64,000 nt of DNA from Acidimicrobiaceae bacterium (GTDB taxonomy: Bacteria > Actinomycetota > Acidimicrobiia > Acidimicrobiales > Aldehydirespiratoraceae). The stretch lies in NCBI GenBank assembly GCA_026706815.1, contig JAPOYA010000017.1, forward strand, positions 4,101-68,100, in the 5' to 3' direction. Shown here in pieces: positions 44,006 through 54,013 of this stretch. Within the stretch, counting starts at the first letter, position 1. The number at the start of each line of letters is the position of its first letter. The position numbers were made by a program, and so were the translations under genes. The notes under the pieces are model-generated. The model did not search any database, was not told the origin of the DNA, and saw only the letters and a program-made list of their open reading frames with translations.

Positions 44006-45112
44006 CTAACCGCCGAGGCCGGCGGCTGCGCTGTGAGGGCGGGTCGCTACGAAGCACTGTTGGAATCCGATGGGCTCGATCAGGCGAATGTTTGCGAATC
44101 CGGCGTCTCGCAGCCACTCTGAGAACTGTTGATGGGTAAACGTCGAACCCTTCTTGGTGCTGGCCATCATGGTTGCGCCCATGATGACGGCGTGCGGGTT
44201 GAACTTGCGTTCCACATCAGTGAAATAGTCCGCTAGCAGCAGTCGGCCCTGCGGTTTCAGCGCGCGAAAGGCCCTCTCGATGAGATGGCGGGCCCCTTCG
44301 GCGCCCTCAGTTCGACATATGTGGCCGAGCACCACGATGTCGTATGCGGCGTCCTCGATATCAATCGTGTGAAAATCCCCGGGCCGCAACTTGCAGCGGT
44401 CGGCAACCCCATGCTCGCTGGTCTTGACTGCGGCCACATCAATGATGCCGGGCAGGTCGTTGATCACCGCGGTGCCTTGGGTACAGGCCTTCAGAATGGC
44501 GATCGACCAGGGCGCCCCGCCCGCCCCGAGATCCAACACGTGGGGTTGCTCCAGAGCCGAGTAGCGGATTTTCAAGTCGGCCCGGTCAGCGCAGCGAAAC
44601 ATCGTGGTGAAAGTGCCCTCCACCAGCGGGACGTAGAAGCCCGCCGGGTCGTCTTCGATGGGAGTCGCGGGTGCGCCGTTGCGGATCGTGTCGGCCAGGC
44701 GAGCCCAGTTTTCGTGAGGTCCCGGCGCTACGGACACCAGATCGGCCATAGTCGCCGGACCATCGCTCACGAGGTAGCGCTTGGCCGTGTCGTTGAGCTC
44801 GTAGACATCCACGAACTGGTCGAGCAGCCCCAAAGCGACCACACCGTCGAGCAATGTCGCTAGCTGACCAGCAGGCACATCGAGTTTTTCGGCCAAGGCT
44901 CCCGCGGTTGTCGGGCCGGTCTCTTCAAGCGTGTCGAAAACGTCGAGTTCCAGCGCAGCGACGAGAATGTAATAACGGCCAAGACCTTCGATCGCCGCCC
45001 ATACCGGTGCCGCGGGCGGGGGTTTGTAGTCAGTCCACGGACGACCCTTGAAGGCCATCGTGTGGGTCTTCTTCAACTCGGGATACGGGGCGTCCCGTGG
45101 CTCGCTGGTCAT
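44006..45112 (-). CDS. SAM-dependent O-methyltransferase (family-2-like, with N-terminal dimerisation/wHTH region)
   Basis: VLDLGAGGAPWSIAIL is SAM motif I, followed by VVLGHIC and GRLLLADY. Confidence 0.75.
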   Translation of the reverse strand: MTSEPRDAPYPELKKTHTMAFKGRPWTDYKPPPAAPVWAAIEGLGRYYILVAALELDVFDTLEETGPTTAGALAEKLDVPAGQLATLLDGVVALGLLDQFVDVYELNDTAKRYLVSDGPATMADLVSVAPGPHENWARLADTIRNGAPATPIEDDPAGFYVPLVEGTFTTMFRCADRADLKIRYSALEQPHVLDLGAGGAPWSIAILKACTQGTAVINDLPGIIDVAAVKTSEHGVADRCKLRPGDFHTIDIEDAAYDIVVLGHICRTEGAEGARHLIERAFRALKPQGRLLLADYFTDVERKFNPHAVIMGATMMASTKKGSTFTHQQFSEWLRDAGFANIRLIEPIGFQQCFVATRPHSAAAGLGG

Positions 45113-45113
45113 T

Positions 45114-45147
45114 TGTTGAGGGTTAGCTGATGTTGAGGGTTAGCTGA
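45114..45147. repeat. Perfect 17-bp tandem repeat (tgttgagggttagctga x2) ending 2 nt from the methyltransferase ATG
   Basis: Read directly. It occupies the position where a ribosome-binding site would be expected. Confidence 0.9.
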
Positions 45148-45183
45148 GTGTGCGGTTCTAGCTCGTTGGGAAACGTACGTCTC

Positions 45184-46218
45184 TCAGGGCTTGAGAATGA
45201 TCTTGCCGAAGAAATCGCTGGACAACATCTTGGCTTGCGCAGCGGCTGCGTCGGCCAGCGCGAATTCGGAATCGATCACAACCTCGAAGTCGCCCTCACA
45301 GAACGTGTCCCACACCGGGCCGAACTCCTCGGGCCGATACGGGTCCGAGCCGAGGATCTTGATGCCTGAGTGAAACACATAGCCGAGCGACGGGATGGTC
45401 GCTTCGTCGCCCGAGGAGTTACCGCAGTTCACGAGGCGTCCGCCGATGCCGATCGCGAACAGGGACTGGCCGAACAGAGCGGTGCCCACATGATCGAAGA
45501 CCATGTCGACACCTGCGCCGGCAGTGACCCCTCGGGCGAATCCGGTTACGTCTCCGCTGCGGTTGTTGCACACATGGTCCGCCCCCAGTTCAAGTGCTCG
45601 CTCGCATTTCTCGTCGCTCCCTGCGGTGGCCAAAACCGTCGCCCCGGCGTGTTTGGCCAATTGGATGGCCGCGGTCGAAACCCCTGAACCCGCGGCGTGG
45701 ATCATCACGGTTTCGCCTGCCTGCAGCTCGCCGACATCGAACAGTGCGTGAGCCGCGGTGAGATAGCAGGTCGGGAACGCGGCCGCGTGCTCCAGCGGCA
45801 TCGAGTCCGGCACCTGGTACACATGCGAGCTTGGCGCCAGGCACTTTTCGGCGTATCCGCCGTCGACCGTTCCGCCGATGATTCCGAGTTCGCCGTAGAG
45901 GTCGCCCATTCCGGCGAGTTTGGAAGACTCGGGCACTCCCGCCAACGAAGGGTCGATGACCACCCGGTCGCCGATGGCGACATCGTCGACATGCGAGCCG
46001 ATCGCGGAGACCATCCCGGCCACGTCCATGCCCGCGATGTGGGGATACTGGAATCCCGGCATGTGGAACCAGCCGTTGCGCTGCACCACGTCGAGTCGGT
46101 TGAGCGCGGTGGCGGCCACATCGACGACCACATCCCGCGGCCCTGGCTCAGGGTCGGGGACATCGACATATTGCAGGACCTCGGGTCCGCCTGATTCGTG
46201 GTACAGCATTGCTTTCAT
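45184..46218 (-). CDS. Zinc-binding MDR / quinone-oxidoreductase-like dehydrogenase
   Basis: MKAMLYHESGGPEVLQYVDVPDPEPGP, and AAGSGVSTAAIQLAK as the Rossmann motif. Start trimmed to ATG 46218, after GGAGACAACC. Confidence 0.85.
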   Translation of the reverse strand: MKAMLYHESGGPEVLQYVDVPDPEPGPRDVVVDVAATALNRLDVVQRNGWFHMPGFQYPHIAGMDVAGMVSAIGSHVDDVAIGDRVVIDPSLAGVPESSKLAGMGDLYGELGIIGGTVDGGYAEKCLAPSSHVYQVPDSMPLEHAAAFPTCYLTAAHALFDVGELQAGETVMIHAAGSGVSTAAIQLAKHAGATVLATAGSDEKCERALELGADHVCNNRSGDVTGFARGVTAGAGVDMVFDHVGTALFGQSLFAIGIGGRLVNCGNSSGDEATIPSLGYVFHSGIKILGSDPYRPEEFGPVWDTFCEGDFEVVIDSEFALADAAAAQAKMLSSDFFGKIILKP

Positions 46219-46243
46219 AGGGTTGTCTCCGTATTCTGCGCGG

Positions 46244-47179
46244 CTACTTGAGGCCGCGGATGAAGGGTTGGGCCAGCGCTGCGGGGGCGCGTACCCGGTG
46301 GGCGAAGATGGCCATGCCGGCGATTGTGACGACGAACGGAAGGGCCTGCAGCAACTCGCTGTTGACGTCATAGCCGAGTCCCTGAATCGACAGCCGGAAT
46401 GACAGCGCTCCGGCAAAGACGACGCATCCGGCGAGCGTTCCGCGCAGGGTCCAGCCACCGAAGATGACTGCGGCGATCGCTATGAAGCCGCGGCCTCCGA
46501 CGATGGTGTCCTCGAACCTTCCGATATGACCGAAGATCAAGAAGGCGCCCCCGAGTCCGCAGGTCGCGCCGGCGTAATAGATCGACTGCCGCCGCCTCTT
46601 GTTGACGTCTATGCCCGATACGTCAGCGGACTGCGGGTTCTCGCCGACTGACCGCAACTCGAGACCCCAGCGGGTTCGATAGACCAGCCACCACGAAAGC
46701 GGCAACAGCAGATACAGGATATAGAACGGCCAGCGTTGCCCGAACAAAGCCTGTCCCAATAGGGGAATATCGCTGAGCACGGGGATTTCCCAGCGGCCGG
46801 CCAAGGTTGTCTCTGGTGCGATCTCGTTCTCCAGGAAACCAGTCAGCCCGAACACCAAGATGTTGAGCGTGAGTCCAACCACGAACTGATCGGCGGCGAG
46901 GCGGTGGCTCATCTCGGCCTGCACGCCCGCTATCAGCACCCCACCCAAGATCGCGGTCAACAGCCCGACCGCTACCGAACCGGTGAGGTGACAGCCCATC
47001 GCAGCGGCGAACGCTCCGCCCAACAGCATCCCTTCGACAGAGATATTGAGAGTCCCCGATCGTTCCGCGACCCATTCACCCGTCGCCGCGAAAGCCAGGA
47101 AAGCCGCGAACAACGCGCCGTTGAGATAGGTCGACTCGCTCGAGAAGATCTCATAGACAGCGCTTAGCAGATCAGTCAT
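46244..47179 (-). CDS. ABC transporter permease (BMP/nucleoside-sugar type)
   Basis: 311 aa and polytopic, positioned in the SBP-ATPase-permease-permease order typical of BMP-family importers. Confidence 0.8.
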   Translation of the reverse strand: MTDLLSAVYEIFSSESTYLNGALFAAFLAFAATGEWVAERSGTLNISVEGMLLGGAFAAAMGCHLTGSVAVGLLTAILGGVLIAGVQAEMSHRLAADQFVVGLTLNILVFGLTGFLENEIAPETTLAGRWEIPVLSDIPLLGQALFGQRWPFYILYLLLPLSWWLVYRTRWGLELRSVGENPQSADVSGIDVNKRRRQSIYYAGATCGLGGAFLIFGHIGRFEDTIVGGRGFIAIAAVIFGGWTLRGTLAGCVVFAGALSFRLSIQGLGYDVNSELLQALPFVVTIAGMAIFAHRVRAPAALAQPFIRGLK

Positions 47180-47182
47180 GGC

Positions 47183-48334
47183 TCACACCCTCTCCGTTGC
47201 CGCGGCGCGGGCTCGGCGGCGGTCGCGAAGGAGCATCACCGCTGCAGGGATCAACAGGGCCAGCACCAGCAGCCCCGAAATGACATCGGTGATGCGACCT
47301 TCGACCCCGGTGCTGCCGACAAAACTCGATCCCGTGCGCAACCCGGCGAAAACCACTGCCACGGGGATAGCCGCCAACGGCTTCTCATAAGCGACGAGCG
47401 CCACGAGCAGGCCTGTCCAACCGATGTTGGCCGAAAACCCGGGCACCATCTGATAGTTCCCGAAAGCGAAACCTCCGCCTGTGAGCATTGCTGCGCCGGC
47501 CAGACCCGCGAAGGCGCCGCCGAGCATCAGCGCCATCGCCCCGTATCTTGTTTCCGACACGCCTGAACGTTGCGCCGCCCTCGGGTTGCGGCCGAGCATC
47601 CGAAGCCGGAAGCCCCAAACGGTTCGTGACAGCGCAAATGCGACGATCACGGCGAGAACAACAGAGATGAATACGGTCAGGGGGAATTCGTTGCCGAAAA
47701 AGTCGGGACGGGGAAGTCGGTTGTCGGTGGCGAGCTGCTCGCTGACCTGGTTGCGGTTGCCGCGGCGGCCTTCGGGAGCCAACAGCAGCCACTCCCAGCG
47801 CAAGCTGTACGCCACGGCCTGGCCGCCAACGGTGACCAACAGCAGTGTCGACAACACCTCGGGAACGCCGCGCCAGTAACGCAGCCCAGCAGCGACTCCC
47901 GCCCAGAGGCCGCCTCCGGCAGCCCCGATGATCAGAATCAGCACCACGTTGATCGGTCCGGGCCCGCCGATCAGAAACCCGAAATACGCACCGACAGCCG
48001 CGCCGACATAGAGCTGACCTTCCTGACCGATGTTGACCAGCCCGGCCTTGGAGGAGATGACCGTGCCGAGAGCGACGACAAGCAGGGGTGCAGCGGTCGC
48101 AAGCGTTTCACCCCAGCGTCCGGGTCGCCGGACGCTGCCGTCTAACAGCGCGCTCACAACGGGTCGCCAGTCGCCCCCGGTCGCTTCTACCAGAATGGCC
48201 GACAACACCAGCGCGGCGAAAATGCTCATTGCGTAGAGAGCGGACCATTCGCTCAGCCGTGCCCCGCGTCGTGTGCGGCCTGGTTGCGCGTCGGGGCTGC
48301 CGACGGCGTCGACAGCGGTGGTTGCGTCGGTCAT
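47183..48334 (-). CDS. ABC transporter permease (BMP/nucleoside-sugar type)
   Basis: Polytopic. Start trimmed to ATG 48334 (MTDATT), which overlaps the ATPase stop (ATGA). The track extension is an Arg/Gly-rich artefact. Confidence 0.8.
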   Translation of the reverse strand: MTDATTAVDAVGSPDAQPGRTRRGARLSEWSALYAMSIFAALVLSAILVEATGGDWRPVVSALLDGSVRRPGRWGETLATAAPLLVVALGTVISSKAGLVNIGQEGQLYVGAAVGAYFGFLIGGPGPINVVLILIIGAAGGGLWAGVAAGLRYWRGVPEVLSTLLLVTVGGQAVAYSLRWEWLLLAPEGRRGNRNQVSEQLATDNRLPRPDFFGNEFPLTVFISVVLAVIVAFALSRTVWGFRLRMLGRNPRAAQRSGVSETRYGAMALMLGGAFAGLAGAAMLTGGGFAFGNYQMVPGFSANIGWTGLLVALVAYEKPLAAIPVAVVFAGLRTGSSFVGSTGVEGRITDVISGLLVLALLIPAAVMLLRDRRRARAAATERV

Positions 48335-49944
48335 GCCGCGGCCCCGCCCATCAACAGGCCGAGAGTCTCGAAGTTCGCCTCGGCCCGCGACATCTCCCCG
48401 ACAATGCGTCCGCTGTGCATGACGATGATGCGGTGCGAGAGTTCGAGAATCTCCTCGAGTTCGCTCGAAATGAGCAGAACGGCCACTCCGGACGCCGCAG
48501 CGGTTTCGAGTCGATGGCTCATGTACTCGATAGCACCGACATCGAGGCCCCGGGTCGGTTGAGCCGCCACCAGGATCTTCGGTTCTTGAGAAAGTTCCCG
48601 GGCAAGCACCACCCGCTGTTGATTGCCCCCCGACACCGACCACATCGGCGCGGTCGGTCCTCCACAGGAGATGTTGAACTGCTCGATCATCTCCTCGGTG
48701 AACGCGTGGAGGCGTCTCTGGTCGATCAAGCCTCGGGTCGCCGCGCGGGACTGGTCGACGAGCACGAGATTCTCGGCGACCGTCATGTCGAGTACGAGGC
48801 CGCTGTCGTGACGATCCTCTGGGATGACACCGATTCCGGCTTCGGCCATCGCCCCGGACTTGCCGGTCGGCACCACGGCACCGTCCACTGCGACGGTGCC
48901 CGACGAGAGTGTCAACAGGCTGGAGAGCACATCTCCGAGTGCCCGCTGCCCGTTGCCTTCCACGCCTGCAACCCCGACGATTTCGCCGGAATGCATCTCG
49001 AGTGAGAACTCGTCGAGGGCGACGACCCCGTCAGCGTCGTGTGCCACTGCCCTGTCGATGCGAAGCACTGGCTGAGCCGTTGCCGGGAGGACCGTGTCAG
49101 GTTCTACTGGTTCCACGTCGTCAAGATCAGTGTCATCTAGACTGTGAATGCCGAGAGCGGCCCGTTCGGATCTCAGCGACACCTCGCGGCCGACCATCGC
49201 CCGAGCGAGGGTCGGAGCATCCGCGTCGGTCGAGTACCGCTGATCGACGACTCTGCCCTGGCGCATGATTGTGATGTCGTCGGTGGCATGCAGCACCTCG
49301 TCGAGCTTGTGGCTAACCAACACCACGGCCCGGTTCTCCGCGGCGACCACATGGCGCAGAGATTCGAACAACTGCTCGGATTCCTCGGGCGTGAGGACCG
49401 ATGTCGGTTCATCGAAGATGACGATGCTCGGATCCCTGCGAAGGCACTTTATGATCTCAACACGCTGGCGAAGACCGGCAGTGAGATCGCCGACTCGTTT
49501 GTCGGGGTCGATCACCAGGCCGTACTGCTCAGATATCTCGCCGATGCGATTGCGGGTTGCATTCGGGTCCAGCCGTCCGGCGTCGCCGAGGGTCACGTTC
49601 TCCCAGACGGCAAGCGCGTCGACGAGGCTGAAGTGCTGATGAACCATGCCGATGCCGAGCGCCGACGCGGTCAGCGGATCATGGATCGACTCGGTCTTGC
49701 CGTCGATAGCGATAGTTCCGGCATCCGGCAGCACAAGACCGATGAGCATCTTCATCAATGTGGATTTGCCGGCTCCGTTCTCTCCGAGGAGGCCATGGAT
49801 CCGTCCACGCGCGAGCGCAAGGTCGACGTTGTCGCAGGCCACGACAGCGCCGAACCGTTTGGCGATGCCCGACAACTGAACCGCGGGGACCGGCGAGCTG
49901 TTGGTCACGCCGGTCCCCGCGTCGCCTAGTTCACTGTGGCTCAC
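48331..49944 (-). CDS. ABC transporter ATP-binding protein with duplicated ATPase domains
   Basis: Walker A GENGAGKST, signature LTAGLRQR, and Walker B IVIFDEPT. The second cassette has SGGNQQR and ILVAAQPTRGLD. Confidence 0.9.
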   Translation of the reverse strand: MSHSELGDAGTGVTNSSPVPAVQLSGIAKRFGAVVACDNVDLALARGRIHGLLGENGAGKSTLMKMLIGLVLPDAGTIAIDGKTESIHDPLTASALGIGMVHQHFSLVDALAVWENVTLGDAGRLDPNATRNRIGEISEQYGLVIDPDKRVGDLTAGLRQRVEIIKCLRRDPSIVIFDEPTSVLTPEESEQLFESLRHVVAAENRAVVLVSHKLDEVLHATDDITIMRQGRVVDQRYSTDADAPTLARAMVGREVSLRSERAALGIHSLDDTDLDDVEPVEPDTVLPATAQPVLRIDRAVAHDADGVVALDEFSLEMHSGEIVGVAGVEGNGQRALGDVLSSLLTLSSGTVAVDGAVVPTGKSGAMAEAGIGVIPEDRHDSGLVLDMTVAENLVLVDQSRAATRGLIDQRRLHAFTEEMIEQFNISCGGPTAPMWSVSGGNQQRVVLARELSQEPKILVAAQPTRGLDVGAIEYMSHRLETAAASGVAVLLISSELEEILELSHRIIVMHSGRIVGEMSRAEANFETLGLLMGGAAA

Positions 49945-51191
49945 CCGCCTGAGTATGCCTCGCCTGAAATACCGCCGAGTGCTCCGATCAGCTCACCGTC
50001 GAACGAAGCGATCTTGGCGAACGCATCATCGAGCAGAGCTTGGGCGTCAGCCGGTGCGTCACACAGCAACGCGCCGTTGAGGCCGGCTTCGGTCGGGAAC
50101 TGGTAGGTGCTGCCCTCGGCGAGTTCACCGGCGATGATCAACGGGAGTGCCTCTCTGGCATAAACGCCGCCGTCGAAGACGATGCTGCCGGTCCAGGCGA
50201 TGCCGTCGTCTCGCTCACAGACATCCGCTGGTCCCGCGGCGAACACAGCCACTCCTTCATCGGTGGCGAGTTGGCCGACAGCCTCGAGCGCGCCGCCCAA
50301 GTAGGCGTAGGCCAAGGTCACGCCATCGGATATGGCGTTGGTGAGCGCTGCGGTGGCGTTGGACGAGTTGTTGAAGTCGAACTGGAAGTCACCAGTGCTC
50401 ACGTACTCCATCGTCAAGTTGGGATCGACCGACTGAAGTCCGAACACTGTGGCGTTGTATGCCTCGCGTTCGAAGTTGATGTCGCAGCATCCGAGGAACA
50501 CGGCTTTGTCGCCGCCGTGGTCCTGCAGGATTCCTGCCATCGCGACGCCCGCCGTGTAATGGATGGGTGCTCCCCAGTCGGTTGCTTGCGCCAGGCCCGG
50601 CAGTTCTTGGAATCCCGCTCCGCAGTTGCAGTACCAGAAGACGTCGGGATACTGCTCGGTCAGGTCGGGCAGAGGCTCGGCGATCTCAGAGGCGCCCACC
50701 ATCAAGATGTCGACGCCCTGCTGCGCCAAGTCTGAAAGGGCCTGGGCGGCTTCGGCTGCGCCGATGTTGTCGGACACGATCGGCGGAGCGAAGCCATTCT
50801 CGGTGGAGTACTGCTCGGCGAAGTTCACCAGCGACTGGTAGTAGCCGTTGTCGTCGCGTGGGCCCGCGGCAGCGACGCCGATGGTGACAGTCCCGTCGCC
50901 GTTGCTGTCGAACGCCGCGACGATTTCATCAGTCTCGGGTTCGGGCATGTCCTCGGACTCGTCTTCGGGCATGTCCTCAGGCTCGTCTTCGGGCATGTCC
51001 TCGGACTCGTCTTCAGGCGTGTCCTCAGGCTCGTCTTCGGGCATATCGTCAGTGGTCTGCGAAGCCTCCGTTGTTGGCGTGGCGTCCGGCTCGGCGTCGC
51101 CATCGTCGTCCCCGCATGCAGCGGCGATGAGCGTGAGCGCGAGCAGCAACGTCAACAGTCGCAGTGGTTTCTTCAGCAGTTGTTTGGGCAT
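49941..51191 (-). CDS. BMP-family (Med/PnrA-like) ABC substrate-binding lipoprotein with an acidic repeat linker
   Basis: Lipobox LTLIAAC, then the DMPEDEPEDTPEDESEDMPEDEPEDMPEDESEDMPEPE linker, then a BMP-like core. Its stop overlaps the ATPase start (GTGA). Confidence 0.8.
   Translation of the reverse strand: MPKQLLKKPLRLLTLLLALTLIAAACGDDDGDAEPDATPTTEASQTTDDMPEDEPEDTPEDESEDMPEDEPEDMPEDESEDMPEPETDEIVAAFDSNGDGTVTIGVAAAGPRDDNGYYQSLVNFAEQYSTENGFAPPIVSDNIGAAEAAQALSDLAQQGVDILMVGASEIAEPLPDLTEQYPDVFWYCNCGAGFQELPGLAQATDWGAPIHYTAGVAMAGILQDHGGDKAVFLGCCDINFEREAYNATVFGLQSVDPNLTMEYVSTGDFQFDFNNSSNATAALTNAISDGVTLAYAYLGGALEAVGQLATDEGVAVFAAGPADVCERDDGIAWTGSIVFDGGVYAREALPLIIAGELAEGSTYQFPTEAGLNGALLCDAPADAQALLDDAFAKIASFDGELIGALGGISGEAYSGG
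50943..51044 (-). repeat. Four complete plus one partial 24-nt tandem units, encoding (E/D)-rich octapeptides
   Basis: gggcatgtcctc(g/a)g(a/g)ctcgtcttc repeats head to tail. Confidence 0.9.
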
Positions 51192-51269
51192 TGGGTTCCC
51201 CTCCTTATTTTCTGTACTCTTTGTTGTTCAGTACACTCGTTGTCGGGATCTGTGGGTGGATTCGGCGGT

Positions 51270-52436
51270 CTATTGATCGGGCCAGGCTCTGCGATAACGC
51301 TGGACCAGCCAGCGGTTGAATTGGATGTGGCTCTCCTCCTGCCACGAGTAGCGGCCCCGTGGCGCGAAACGCGAACGCAAACCCCGCTGGACCTTGGTGG
51401 TGGCATCCTGGTCCTGAGCCACGAACACTTGCACGCCGGCGTCCGAAAGCGCCATTTTGTGCTTGAACAGCGGGTCTTCCAGCGCTGAGGCGTGGAAGAT
51501 GTAACCGATCTCCACATCGATGGACTCTGGGCCCGTGGGACGAACCAGGAAGAAGAAGCACTGATCCGGCGCGGTGCCGAAACACAACGTGGGCGGGATC
51601 AGGGCGAAAGTCGAACGGGTGCGCTCCTCTTCGGTCAGTTGGGGGAAGACGTCCATGATGACCCGATGTGTGGCATTGAAGCCGCCGTCGATATGGGTGT
51701 ATCCGGCTGTGCGGAAAATGACGTTTGAGTCGTCGGACCACGGCACCGGAAATCCCGACATGCTCGACGGGCAGAAATCCTGCACGAACTGGTGAAGCCG
51801 GTTCGCGTGGTAACCGTCGTTGAAGTTCTCGAACATGACCTTCCAGTTCCAGGGCATGTCTTGAAGGGTGAACGTGCCGGGGCACACCGCATTGGCGAGA
51901 TCGTAGTTGTCGAGGAAGGGCTCGTAGCGGCTGAGGGTCGGTCCGAGAGGTGCGGCGTCCGGGTCGAAGTTCACGAAGACGAACCCCAGCCATTCCTCCA
52001 CCTTGAGCTGGGGCAAACCGCATTCGGACTTGTTGAAGTCCTCTGTGCGCTCCATTGCCGGGGCGCCCAACAGGCGTCCGTCGAGGCCGTAGTTCCAGTG
52101 GTGGTAGGGGCATTTGAAGGTCGTGGCGTTGCCCTCGCCTTCGCAAACCTGCATGGCACGGTGTTGGCAAACCGCCGACATCGCCCTGACCGTCCCCTGC
52201 TTGTCGCGGGTGATGATCAGCGGTTCATCGACGAGATTGACGGTGAACCAGTCTCCGACATCGGCGATTCGCTCGGCTCGGCCGACGCAGAGCCATTCCC
52301 TCATATAGAGCGCTTCGGTCTCGAACGAGAGGAACTCGTCGGACGTATAGATTTCAGGCGGCAGGGTCACCGCCTGCGACACATCGTCGGTTGAAGCGTC
52401 GAGCCGTGAGAGTAGATCGCTGTTCAACACGCTCAT
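51270..52436 (-). CDS. Rieske non-haem-iron oxygenase, alpha subunit
   Basis: Rieske motif CQHRAMQV...CPYHHWNY, and mononuclear iron motif ENFNDGYHANRLH. Start trimmed to ATG 52436, overlapping the ligase stop (ATGA). Confidence 0.85.
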   Translation of the reverse strand: MSVLNSDLLSRLDASTDDVSQAVTLPPEIYTSDEFLSFETEALYMREWLCVGRAERIADVGDWFTVNLVDEPLIITRDKQGTVRAMSAVCQHRAMQVCEGEGNATTFKCPYHHWNYGLDGRLLGAPAMERTEDFNKSECGLPQLKVEEWLGFVFVNFDPDAAPLGPTLSRYEPFLDNYDLANAVCPGTFTLQDMPWNWKVMFENFNDGYHANRLHQFVQDFCPSSMSGFPVPWSDDSNVIFRTAGYTHIDGGFNATHRVIMDVFPQLTEEERTRSTFALIPPTLCFGTAPDQCFFFLVRPTGPESIDVEIGYIFHASALEDPLFKHKMALSDAGVQVFVAQDQDATTKVQRGLRSRFAPRGRYSWQEESHIQFNRWLVQRYRRAWPDQ

Positions 52437-54013
52437 GAGACACCAGCTCCTTGTTTCAGAATGAATTTTCGTATTTTCCCCACGCTGGTGCGAGGGAGTT
52501 CTGAAAGCAAGGTGATTCGGTGGGGTTGCTTGTGCTTGGAGAGGCGACGGCCACACCATTGCATCAGGTCCTCGGTCTGTGGGGGGTTCGCGGCATCAGC
52601 AGGCACAACGAATGCCATCGGCACTTCGTCTCTGATCGGGTCGGGCTCGCCGATCACCGATGCTTCCAGGACCAGCGGGTGCGCGCACAGCACCGCTTCG
52701 ATCTCGACGGTCGACACGTTCTCGCCTGAGACCTTGAGCACGTCTGAGCGCCGGCCGTCGAAGAAGAAGCGGCCATCGGCGTCTCGCCATGCCCGGTCGC
52801 CGGTGCGGAACCACTCGCCGCGATAGTTGGCCGCAGTAGTCGCGGGATCCTCAAAGTAGCCTCCGAAGACGGTGATGCCGGGTGTTCCTCTGACCACGAC
52901 TTCGCCGAGTTCGCCGGCGGCACAGAGATCCCCGTCGGGGTCGTGGATCTCGACTTCGCATCCAGCGGTGACAAAACCCATCGAGTCAGGCCGGGGGTCG
53001 ACCGGTTCGTCGGTGAGGACCGCGGGGATCGTTTCGGTCATGCCGTACAACTGGCGGGGACGGCAGCCGAACCAGTCGCAGATCGTCCGGTACTGGTCCT
53101 CCGCCAAGTTCTGGGCGAACCAGCAATGTCTCAGCTTCAACCCTTCGACCGGTCCGCTGCGAGCCAGGATCATGCGCAGCGGGGCTGCGAAAAGGCTGGC
53201 ACAGGTGGCTTGATGTCGTGCTGCTTGTGGCAGGAATCCACTGGCCGAGAAGGTGTGCATCAAAGCCACCGAGGCTCCCGCCCAGATCGCCGAGGCGAAC
53301 GAGTAGTACTGGGCGTTGGCATGGAACAACGGCAGCACGACGAGTTGGCGGTCTTCAGGGTTGAGATCGGCCGCCTGCGCCATGATCTTTCCGGCGAAGG
53401 CGTAGTTGGCTTGGGTGACCGACACTCCTTTGGGGCGTCCGGTGGTTCCGCTGGTGAACATCACCGCGGCAAGGTCGGTCGGTCCGGGTGTGGGCCAGGC
53501 GGTGAACTCGGTTTCGGCGAAAGGCTCGAAGGCGGCGTCGGTTTCGTCGATCTCGATGACAGTCATCGCTTCGGGCGGCGCGGATCCCGCCAGCACTGCG
53601 GGCACTGAGGCAACGGCGGCTGCGTTGGCCACCCCCGCACGGTATTGGGCACTCCGAGTCGTCGAGCAGAAACCGACGGTCGGGGAGGTGCGCTCGATCT
53701 GCTCGGCGAATTCGGGCTCCTTGCCCATCGGGTCTGCGGGCACGATCCAGGCGCCGAGCCGGTTGGCCGCGAGCCACACCGCCACGAAGGTCGGGCAGTT
53801 GGTCAACGCCAGATGAACGCAGCTGCTGGCAGCGACGCCCTCAGCCTTGAGCCGGGCCGCGACCTGCTGGACCCGCGAATCGAAGGCTTGGTAGGTCCAT
53901 TGCGTCACCTGGCCGCGCGGATCCTCGAAGATCAGGAAGGTCTCGTCGGCGCGGGCGCGCACGGCGTGCTCCCAAACTGACGAGAACGTTGGAATCTCTA
54001 CGGTCTCAGGCAT
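52433..54013 (-). CDS. AMP-dependent synthetase/ligase (acyl- or aryl-CoA ligase)
   Basis: MFTSGTTGRPKGV, YGMTE, FRTGDRAWRDADGRFFFDGR, GKIRKF. Start trimmed to ATG 54013, an 8-nt overlap with hyuB. Confidence 0.85.
   Translation of the reverse strand: MPETVEIPTFSSVWEHAVRARADETFLIFEDPRGQVTQWTYQAFDSRVQQVAARLKAEGVAASSCVHLALTNCPTFVAVWLAANRLGAWIVPADPMGKEPEFAEQIERTSPTVGFCSTTRSAQYRAGVANAAAVASVPAVLAGSAPPEAMTVIEIDETDAAFEPFAETEFTAWPTPGPTDLAAVMFTSGTTGRPKGVSVTQANYAFAGKIMAQAADLNPEDRQLVVLPLFHANAQYYSFASAIWAGASVALMHTFSASGFLPQAARHQATCASLFAAPLRMILARSGPVEGLKLRHCWFAQNLAEDQYRTICDWFGCRPRQLYGMTETIPAVLTDEPVDPRPDSMGFVTAGCEVEIHDPDGDLCAAGELGEVVVRGTPGITVFGGYFEDPATTAANYRGEWFRTGDRAWRDADGRFFFDGRRSDVLKVSGENVSTVEIEAVLCAHPLVLEASVIGEPDPIRDEVPMAFVVPADAANPPQTEDLMQWCGRRLSKHKQPHRITLLSELPRTSVGKIRKFILKQGAGVS

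Noticed and set aside
50943-51044. CRISPR-like array (I also checked the other tandem repeats at 6338, 15698, 32367, 45114 and 55792)
   Set aside because: The units are contiguous with no spacers, have 2-4 copies, and are mostly inside coding sequence. No cas genes are present, and I saw no CRISPR array anywhere in the window.
51205-52170. 321-aa minus-strand ORF out of frame with the Rieske oxygenase
   Set aside because: The alternative frame (51270-52436) carries the Rieske and mononuclear-iron motifs. This frame is Arg/Pro-rich.
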